Source: Candidatus Heimdallarchaeota archaeon
GTDB lineage: Archaea > Asgardarchaeota > Heimdallarchaeia > JABLTI01
DNA length: 64,000 nt
Reading direction: 5' to 3'
NCBI GenBank assembly: GCA_018238155.1
Contig: JABCTZ010000003.1
Location: 1 to 64,000, forward strand
How positions within the stretch are numbered: position 1 is the stretch's first letter; each line of letters begins with the position of its first letter. Positions 28,097-36,224 of this stretch are shown here, in pieces. The notes beneath the pieces are model-generated. The model saw nothing but the letters and a program-made list of their open reading frames with translations. It was not told the DNA's origin and made no database searches. The position numbers and the translations under genes were made by a program.

Positions 28097-28822
28097 TTGC
28101 CTACATTAAATCGTGAAAAATTAGCAAAATTAATTACTTATTCAATTGGAAAGGAAATTCCACGAGATAATGCTTTAAGAAGGTTCGTTGAAGACGAAGG
28201 AAAAAAGAAGAAATATCAACCACTTGGTTCATTTTATCTTAGAGGAGTAGATATAGATGGTGTTATCAGTTTAGTTTTGCCAAAGAAAACATCTTCAGAT
28301 GGATTGGATCATTATCTCTTTGTTTGGTTTTCCAAAAAAAACATCTCAGTAACCAAAGATGGAGCCCATGCAACACTACAAATAAAGTCAGTTAATCCAA
28401 TGAGATTCTCTATAAGAGGAAAACCAGATACTTTCGTGAAGGTTCTTGGAGAAAGTTCTATGATCCAAAGTATTCTCGTAGAATTGGTTGACGATTTAAA
28501 ATGCCTAGAAAATTTCACTATATTTAACAAAACAAGCTCTCAAAAAGACGCTATTATTGAAATTCCAGAAAATTTAATCGATTCACGTTTCATAGTTCAA
28601 ACAATGGTTTCCGATGAACCGACTTCACCAACTTATGGGAAGTTAGAGCGAATGGAAGTTACTTTACCTCAATTAATCGATTTAGCAAATTATTCTATGA
28701 TGACAGGTCTGAAAATGTTCGGACCAATGAATGAATTTTCCAATTTCTGTCCACATTGCGGGAAAAAATTACCTCATGGTAAAAGCGGTTTCTGCATTCA
28801 TTGTGGAAAGAATTTAGAGTAA
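28097..28822 (+). CDS. Hypothetical protein with C-terminal double zinc ribbon
   Basis: FCPHCG...FCIHCG. Confidence 0.75.
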   Translation: MPTLNREKLAKLITYSIGKEIPRDNALRRFVEDEGKKKKYQPLGSFYLRGVDIDGVISLVLPKKTSSDGLDHYLFVWFSKKNISVTKDGAHATLQIKSVNPMRFSIRGKPDTFVKVLGESSMIQSILVELVDDLKCLENFTIFNKTSSQKDAIIEIPENLIDSRFIVQTMVSDEPTSPTYGKLERMEVTLPQLIDLANYSMMTGLKMFGPMNEFSNFCPHCGKKLPHGKSGFCIHCGKNLE

Positions 28823-28846
28823 TTAGTTCGCTGAATTAATTTATCT

Positions 28847-31732
28847 TTATTTTTTATTTCTTAAAAGGGTGAAATCTATTTCCAAATCTTCATATTTAAG
28901 ATATTTCCGGCAGCTGGGACAAATGTTTTTTGCTTTTATTTCCATGATAAGATGTTCTAAATGATACGGTATTTTGCAATGTTCACAATAAATAATCAAT
29001 TCATTATACTTTATTGGAATCATACAAGAATGGCATATCAGAGGTTCATATCCACAATCCGGACATGTTGTTTCTTTTACATTGAACTCAGTTGAACAGT
29101 AAAAACAATTATGTTTGTCTCCATTATTCGAAATATCAAATATTCGTAGAATTCTTTCATTATTATGGGTAAAATTACCAATTCTTTTCAAAATACTGCT
29201 TTTTTGCCAACATTGTAGAATATCCACAATCTTTTCTTCTCTAATTTTCAGGTTAGCAGATAAATCTCTAATTTCTACTTCGGACTGGTCGTCTAAAAAG
29301 AACAGAATTCTAAATAATTTCTTCTTATCATTTTCTATCTTCTCTTTTGAAGCACCTTCTGTTGAAATAATTACACTTTTAATTCGCTGCACTCCAAATA
29401 CAATACTTGTTATCATTATAAACAAACCAATAATCATCAAACTGATTGTCCAATATGGGAAATGAGGATAACTATTTGGATTATTTGGGTCAGTATTTCG
29501 ATCAACCTCTTCTCCATCCGAAAAACCATCCCCATCTGTATCTGCCACTAATGGGTCTGTTCCGTAGATGTTCACTTCATCTCCATCTGAAATTGTGTCA
29601 TCATCTGTATCCCAATCTAAAGGATTTGTTTTATGGAAATTTACTTCATCTCCATCAATTAACCCATCTGCATCCGTATCCTTATTGAAGGGATCTGTGC
29701 CAAAATCTTTTTCTAATTGGTTGGATAATCCGTCAAAGTCAAAATCACCTGAGATTATTTCCATTGTATTATCCCTTTCGATAGCGTAGATATACTCCTG
29801 ATTCTCTGAAAAACCCGTATAATACTTTTCAGTACCGTATGCAGCTATTTTTACAGGATTTTCACTTTCTGAAATATCATAGATTTTCACAGGTGCATAT
29901 GTACCATAAGTATATTCTAAATTAGCATAAGCAAATAACATCTTTCCAGCAAGATAAAGTCCCCCAAATCCATTATCATCTATGTTCTCAAGAACCACAA
30001 TTTCATGTGGGTTTGAAATGTCTACAATTTTCAAATAGATTGCTGCAATGTAGGCTATATTTTCAATAATTGCAAAACTTGAACCCCTAATCATTGTTAT
30101 AGAATCTGTGATTTGTGGTGAATTTATATCAGTTATATCTATAATAGTAAATTTGGAACTAGAATCTTTATTGAAGAGATTCGTCTCAAGTACATAAATA
30201 AATTCATCTTTAACGCTAATTTCGGTTGCAGCTAGGTAAGTATTTATTTGATTAATTTTTAAAGGATTATTTGGATTGGAGATATCGATAATCTCAACTC
30301 CATCAAACCCATCCGCAAGAAACAAATAATCGTCGACTATGCATACATCTAAAGCATTTCCTCCGTCAAAAAAGAGACCTATTCTTACTGGATTTTCAAT
30401 ATTGCTTATATCCACGATTTCTAAACCTAACTCAAGATTAGCAATAAATAATAGATTATTAGCAACCTCAAAATTGACAATATCACCACCTGCATCATAT
30501 TGCGAAACAAACGTGGGATTAAGTGAATCACTACAATTAATGATTTTAATACCGCCCCATCTTTCCGCAATAAAAACAAAATCATTATCATTTTCCAAAG
30601 TTTGAGCAACTCCTCCACAAGTATGGGTTAACTTTATTGGATTTGCCGGTGTGCTCAAATCAAATATTTCTAAACCATCTCCTACTTCTTCTATTACAAA
30701 TAGGCTGCTACCATTTATCGAAAGACCGACTGGCAATCCTCCATCACTAAATGTAGATAGTATTTTTGGATTCAAAGGGTTACTGTGATTAATAACAATA
30801 ATACCACCTAACGAATATGGTTCATAGCTATAGTTTCGGGTTGTAGCAATAATTGTAGTATTACCAGAAATAACTAATTCTATTGGAACTCCTCGATTAA
30901 TTTCCAGTTCGCTAAGTTCTATTGGATTGCTTTTATTACTAACATCAATAATGGTATAATCATTTTCTTTAGATGTAAGGTATACATAATCATTCGCATA
31001 AACAATATCTGTGATTATTTTATCTAAAATTAATTCGGATTTTTTCACTGGATTTTCCGGGTTTTGAAAGCTATAGATCATTAATCCGGTCTTGGTTCCA
31101 ATGTAAAGGAAATCATTACAAGCATCAATTCCTCTTACTAATTCCGATGAAAAATATATATAACCTAGATTAAATTGATCTCCAAGGTTTTCAAGGTCAT
31201 GAATTTCTACATTGAAACCAGTTGTGCAGTAAAAAAAATCTCCATCTATATCAATATCCTTTCCACCATTAACGTATTCTGCATGATATAAATTAGGATT
31301 CATGATATCTGCAACATCTATGATATAAATTTCATCATAGGCTGAATACGTACAATATAATTTGTTGTTATTATAGATGATTTTACTTGGTTGTATATCA
31401 GTACGTATATTCATAGTATTCTCTAAAATAGGTTCTAAAGGATTAGATATATTGTAAAAAAATAATTTATTTTCACCAAGAACATACGCAATAGAATTTG
31501 CTACACATACATCAATCATTTTACCCAGAAGATTATTTTCGAAAAAGGCTATTGTTTCATATTCTCCAGCTAAAGGAATAACATTACTGGAAATAGTTTT
31601 TTGGGTTGAAAAATCATTATTCGCAGAATTTTTATGGAGAACATTTACTGAAAAAAACATGGAAAAAACTAAGATAATGAATAGTGGAAATACTATTAGT
31701 TTTAATCCATGCTTTTTGTAAAGTATTCTCAT
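28847..31732 (-). CDS. Single-pass membrane protein: LVIVD propeller, DxDxDG repeats, TM, winged-helix-like region, zinc ribbon and RING-like finger
   Basis: LVIVD repeats; DTDxDG repeats; TM WTISLMIIGLFIMITSIVFGV; CFYC..CPDC; CHSC..CEHC..H..H..CPSC. Confidence 0.85.
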   Translation of the reverse strand: MRILYKKHGLKLIVFPLFIILVFSMFFSVNVLHKNSANNDFSTQKTISSNVIPLAGEYETIAFFENNLLGKMIDVCVANSIAYVLGENKLFFYNISNPLEPILENTMNIRTDIQPSKIIYNNNKLYCTYSAYDEIYIIDVADIMNPNLYHAEYVNGGKDIDIDGDFFYCTTGFNVEIHDLENLGDQFNLGYIYFSSELVRGIDACNDFLYIGTKTGLMIYSFQNPENPVKKSELILDKIITDIVYANDYVYLTSKENDYTIIDVSNKSNPIELSELEINRGVPIELVISGNTTIIATTRNYSYEPYSLGGIIVINHSNPLNPKILSTFSDGGLPVGLSINGSSLFVIEEVGDGLEIFDLSTPANPIKLTHTCGGVAQTLENDNDFVFIAERWGGIKIINCSDSLNPTFVSQYDAGGDIVNFEVANNLLFIANLELGLEIVDISNIENPVRIGLFFDGGNALDVCIVDDYLFLADGFDGVEIIDISNPNNPLKINQINTYLAATEISVKDEFIYVLETNLFNKDSSSKFTIIDITDINSPQITDSITMIRGSSFAIIENIAYIAAIYLKIVDISNPHEIVVLENIDDNGFGGLYLAGKMLFAYANLEYTYGTYAPVKIYDISESENPVKIAAYGTEKYYTGFSENQEYIYAIERDNTMEIISGDFDFDGLSNQLEKDFGTDPFNKDTDADGLIDGDEVNFHKTNPLDWDTDDDTISDGDEVNIYGTDPLVADTDGDGFSDGEEVDRNTDPNNPNSYPHFPYWTISLMIIGLFIMITSIVFGVQRIKSVIISTEGASKEKIENDKKKLFRILFFLDDQSEVEIRDLSANLKIREEKIVDILQCWQKSSILKRIGNFTHNNERILRIFDISNNGDKHNCFYCSTEFNVKETTCPDCGYEPLICHSCMIPIKYNELIIYCEHCKIPYHLEHLIMEIKAKNICPSCRKYLKYEDLEIDFTLLRNKK

Positions 31733-31885
31733 AGAATTATTCCCCTTTTAACAAGTAAATACTATGTTAAATTAAGATTTCTTAACCGTGTCAATAATTA
31801 CACTTAATTGAATAATTGTAATGGTAAACTACTTAAAATAAAACAATTGAATTTTTATAAACGAAAAAATGGAAGTAAAAAATAA

Positions 31886-33820
31886 ATGAGAATTCAAATA
31901 TCTTCAACCTCAGGTTTTGCTAAACTAGCTAAATTAAAGGAGAATTCAAAGATAGTTGAAACACCAACCATTATGGCAATTTCAAAAAAATCGGATGCTT
32001 TTTTTTGGGCGATTGGCGATCGAAAAGAGAGATTTTCACTGAATCTTCCTCCAAGATATTTATCAACTGAATTATCTATGACTGAAGATTATGATTTTCA
32101 ATTCATAGCAAATTTATTCATGCACAAATCTTTATCGGAGAATATAATTGAAAAACAATTAAATAAAACACTAGAAGCTCTCCGGAATTCCGTTGAAAGC
32201 TATTCAAAAGAAAATTCATTGGTTATTATTCAACCCACAAAGTCAGAACGAATCTTTGAAAAGATTTTGAATGAGCTAAATGATCTTGGATTACAAAATA
32301 TAGCGATAACTAATCTTTTACCAATGATCAATAATTCTCGCCAGATGATTGATTTTATTGCTAATTTAAAAATAGCGCTTCCTTTTAACAGTTTATTATT
32401 TCTATTATCTCCAATACCTCATACTCATATGCCAATATTGGCTTATTCTGGGATAGATGTTTTTTCGAATGGTTTTGCAAATATCGCCGCGAAACAGCGT
32501 TTATATTTAACTGATGCCGGTGGAAATAAGTTAGAAGATTTGAATGAATTAACTTGTTTTTGTGAAATGTGTTCAAAGCATACAGAACCAGAAGATTTCA
32601 TTTCATCAATTACTAAATCCAAAGTTGGTGAACTTTATCCACTCATAATACACAATGAACTGATATTTGAAAAGAAAATACGCGAAATTCGTTCTGCAGT
32701 AAAAAAACAAAATCTAAGAGGATATGTTGAACAAGCAATACAAATTAATCCCTTTAGTGCAGGTGCTTTAAGACTATTAGATAAAGAATGGTCTGATTGG
32801 TTAATTGCAAGAACACCAACTTGGTCAAATGTGCCAATAAAAAGCATTACTTCATATGGTTTTACTCGTCCCTCAATTAGTGAATTTCAAAGAAGAATTC
32901 ATGAACGATTTATCATACCAAGTTCAAAAAAAGTTATAGTTATTTTACCTTGCTCAGCTAGAAAACCATATTCTCAATCAAAAAGCCATCAGAAATTTAA
33001 TACTGCAATCAGTAGTATAGCCAACAACAAGAAGGGCTACATTCAGGAGTTAATCTTAACTTCCCCATTAGGAGTAATACCTCGAGAACTAGAATCAGTG
33101 TATCCTGCCGCACATTATGATATTCCTGTTACAGGTGATTGGTCATATGAGGAGAAGCAAATTGCAATAGATCAACTTGTGGGTGTTTTATCCGATATTG
33201 AATCTGATGTGACTATCATAGCACACATAGCCGGAGAATATATCGAATTATGTCAAGAAACAGAAAAAATCCTGGAACGATCATTTATTTACACCTCTAA
33301 AAATTCACGAGCTACTACAGCTACTTCCTTAGATAGTTTAACAAAAGAAATCAATAAAGTAGTTGAATCACTTCCCACGATGAAGTTCTCAGCTGACACA
33401 AATAAAATACGAAAAATAGCTGATTATCAATTTGGGTTAAGTGTTGGAGAAGCAATGTTTCCTGAGGTTTATTCTCTAAAGGGCAGACCTCCATTACCAT
33501 TTAAAATTCTGAGACAAAATCAACAACATGGCGTGATACATTATACTACCGGAAAGTTAACTCTTTCAATGAAAAACGGTGGAATACTGGCTAAAAAGAA
33601 AAAATACTTTGTTATGTTTGATGGGGAGAAACTTGAAGGATCAACTCTCTTTGCAGTTGGTGTCAAGAAAGCAGACCCTGAAATAAGACCATCAGATGAA
33701 GTAGTTATTGTGGATAAAAATTATACTCTCCTTGCTGTCGGTCATGCTCTCATATCTGGACGAGATATGGAAACAGTAAAATTTGGTGCAGTTGCCAAAA
33801 TTAAAAACAAAGTCAAATAA
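31886..33820 (+). CDS. arcS: Archaeosine synthase subunit alpha (TgtA2)
   Basis: TGT-like N-terminus; LPCSARKPYS.S.SH, TSPLG.IPRELE.YPA.HYDIPVTG.W; C-terminal PUA domain. Confidence 0.92.
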   Translation: MRIQISSTSGFAKLAKLKENSKIVETPTIMAISKKSDAFFWAIGDRKERFSLNLPPRYLSTELSMTEDYDFQFIANLFMHKSLSENIIEKQLNKTLEALRNSVESYSKENSLVIIQPTKSERIFEKILNELNDLGLQNIAITNLLPMINNSRQMIDFIANLKIALPFNSLLFLLSPIPHTHMPILAYSGIDVFSNGFANIAAKQRLYLTDAGGNKLEDLNELTCFCEMCSKHTEPEDFISSITKSKVGELYPLIIHNELIFEKKIREIRSAVKKQNLRGYVEQAIQINPFSAGALRLLDKEWSDWLIARTPTWSNVPIKSITSYGFTRPSISEFQRRIHERFIIPSSKKVIVILPCSARKPYSQSKSHQKFNTAISSIANNKKGYIQELILTSPLGVIPRELESVYPAAHYDIPVTGDWSYEEKQIAIDQLVGVLSDIESDVTIIAHIAGEYIELCQETEKILERSFIYTSKNSRATTATSLDSLTKEINKVVESLPTMKFSADTNKIRKIADYQFGLSVGEAMFPEVYSLKGRPPLPFKILRQNQQHGVIHYTTGKLTLSMKNGGILAKKKKYFVMFDGEKLEGSTLFAVGVKKADPEIRPSDEVVIVDKNYTLLAVGHALISGRDMETVKFGAVAKIKNKVK

Positions 33821-33849
33821 AATGATAAAGTAATTTGGAGTGAAAGAAA

Positions 33850-34968
33850 ATGACTATACTCAAAGGAATTCTCACTGATCAATTATGTACTATGCGAGAA
33901 AAAGCATTGAGATTAAGGAAAAGTAGAGCTCCAAACAAAGCAATTGCTGCTTGGATAGAAGATGATAGATTGATCAATGGAGTAGGGAAAGCTCTAGTAA
34001 TAATAATGAATTCTCGTGGATGTGATTGGGCTCTTGGGGATGGTGGAGGTTGCAGTATGTGTGGGTATTCAAATGATACTTCTGAAGTTATCACAGAAGA
34101 GAATCTAATTGAACAAGTTCAGAAGGTTCTGTCCGAATTTTCGGATAAAACTTTCCAATCCGTGAAACTTTTTAACTCTGGAAGTTTTCTAGATGAAAAC
34201 GAGATTTCAATTAAAGCTCAAGATGAAATTATAAAAATGATCAGTAACCTAAGCCAAGTTACTGAAGTAATTGTTGAAACTAGACCTGAATTTGTTACTA
34301 AAAAGGCTCTAAAAAGATTGAAATCCATTCTTGGTAACGATAAAGAATTAGAATTGGGTATTGGTTTAGAATCGAGTGATGATTTTATCAGAATTAATTA
34401 TATCAATAAGGGATTTCTTTTTGAAAATTTTAACAAAGCCGTAAAATTGGCTATTAAGAATAATGTACGAGTAAAAAGCTATTTGTTATTCAAACCACCT
34501 TTCTTAACTGAAAAAGAAGCAATAGCTGATACTATACAGTCAATCATTGATTCAATAAAAACCGGTGCAAGAACAATATCAATTAATCCGGTAAACATTC
34601 AAAATGGAACCCTAGTCTTCAAATTATGGAGAGATGACCTCTATCGTCCTCCGCGGTTTTGGAGTTTAAAGGAAATTATTAAAGTCGTTTGGCAAAGAAT
34701 TGATGAAGAAGGATTAAGAAATCAAGTTGACAGAATTGTAAGTGATCCATCTGGAGCTGGTTCTCAAAGAGGAATTCATAATGGCCGGCATTGTGATAAA
34801 TTTTTCATAAAAGCATTGAAGAAGTTTACTCTCACACAAAATCCAGAAGAATTGGATCAAATAAACTGCTGGTGTGAATTAGTTTGGAGAGAGCTGTTGG
34901 AATATGAAGAAGTATCTCGAGATTCCTCTCTTAGACTAGTAGAAAATGCAATTAACTTATTAAAGTAG
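33850..34968 (+). CDS. raSEA: Archaeosine biosynthesis radical SAM protein RaSEA
   Basis: GC.W....GCSMCGY, SGSFLD..E, ETRPE, YLLFKPPFLTE and YRPP motifs; adjacent to arcS. Confidence 0.9.
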   Translation: MTILKGILTDQLCTMREKALRLRKSRAPNKAIAAWIEDDRLINGVGKALVIIMNSRGCDWALGDGGGCSMCGYSNDTSEVITEENLIEQVQKVLSEFSDKTFQSVKLFNSGSFLDENEISIKAQDEIIKMISNLSQVTEVIVETRPEFVTKKALKRLKSILGNDKELELGIGLESSDDFIRINYINKGFLFENFNKAVKLAIKNNVRVKSYLLFKPPFLTEKEAIADTIQSIIDSIKTGARTISINPVNIQNGTLVFKLWRDDLYRPPRFWSLKEIIKVVWQRIDEEGLRNQVDRIVSDPSGAGSQRGIHNGRHCDKFFIKALKKFTLTQNPEELDQINCWCELVWRELLEYEEVSRDSSLRLVENAINLLK

Positions 34969-35061
34969 ACTTTAGAAGTAACCTTTTAATTTAATTACAG
35001 ATACAAATTATCTAGATGTATAGATAGATAGACTCTTTGAAACAATTATTTACTTGGTGGG

Positions 35062-35662
35062 ATGAAAAATAGAAATAATATTTAAAGAATTTTCAGAAAA
35101 AGAATGCTATGATGGAAAGCAAATCTATCCATTATGGGCATTAGAACGATACGGAATCTCAGGAGATACTTTTGTCATTTTTAGAGGGAGTATGCGTTTA
35201 GAACAACAAGAAATGATTGATGTCAAAGATATTGTTCGTGAAAAAGATCTCGCAGACATACTTATTTCAGGTGACGATTGCATCCATTTTATCATTGAGA
35301 TGTTTGATGACCAACCGGCAAATTTGAAAGTAGCATATCATAGGCTACATCTGTTAGCATTCATTACTCAAAGAATTCTCGAAAAAGAATTAGCAATTGA
35401 AATAATTAAAAAAGGGACCGATCTGTATTATGATGAAAAGAAGATCAACGTAGGCATTGCAACAAGCTCAAACAATTCTACAAAAATCCATTTTGGATTA
35501 AACATCGTTTCATCGGGCGTACCTGATTACGTTAAAGCAATTGGTTTGCAAGAGATAAAGGACAATATTTCACTAGAAACCATAGCAAAAATGATTGCTG
35601 AAAATTTTATTGGTGAATTAAAAGCAATAAGTGAAGATACTGTAAAATCAAGAACATTTTGA
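35062..35662 (+). CDS. DUF366 family protein (5' part frameshifted or starting at a non-AUG codon)
   Basis: The frame stays open upstream of 35192 and reads YDGKQIYPLWA...GDTFVIFRG; downstream motifs M.D..D, HFI.E, G.DLY, V.IAT and HFG.N. Confidence 0.78.
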
Positions 35663-36132
35663 GGAAATATCACATGCCATTTGAAATTGAATTTGAGGAT
35701 CCTAGAATCGGTTTTGCCTCTGCTCACTTTATAGTAGGTCATGACAAGTGCGGAAGATTGCATGGACATAATTATTTCATAAAAGTGCAATTAAAAGGTG
35801 AATTAGATGAGCAACATATGGTTTTAGATTATGGTGATTTGAAAACCGAATTAAAAAAAATAACCAAAAAATTGGACCATAGAGTACTAATACCCTCTAA
35901 AGCAGAAGGTTTAGATGTGGAAGAAAAAAATGAATCTATTCAAGTTATTTCTTGTAATAAACGTTATTTATTTCCCAAAGAAGATGTGGTATTTTTACCA
36001 TTAGAAGCAACAACTTCAGAAGAGCTATCAAGATATTTTCATTCCATCCTCAAAGAATTGTGGCCTCAATTTGTAATAACGGTGAATATTGAAGAAGCTC
36101 CTGGTGCTAGTGCAACATATTCAGATGAATAA
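35659..36132 (+). CDS. queD: 6-carboxytetrahydropterin synthase
   Basis: CGRLHGHNY (Cx3HGH), LDH and TSEE motifs; lies in the archaeosine cluster. The true start is probably the internal ATG (MPFEI). Confidence 0.85.
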   Translation: MRKYHMPFEIEFEDPRIGFASAHFIVGHDKCGRLHGHNYFIKVQLKGELDEQHMVLDYGDLKTELKKITKKLDHRVLIPSKAEGLDVEEKNESIQVISCNKRYLFPKEDVVFLPLEATTSEELSRYFHSILKELWPQFVITVNIEEAPGASATYSDE

Positions 36133-36224
36133 AAAAAAGCACTAAAATACACTAGCATTATTATATCTCAAAAGTGGTTTCTGTACTATGTAAGAGAAAA
36201 GCTTTGAAAGAGTTGATCTTCCAA

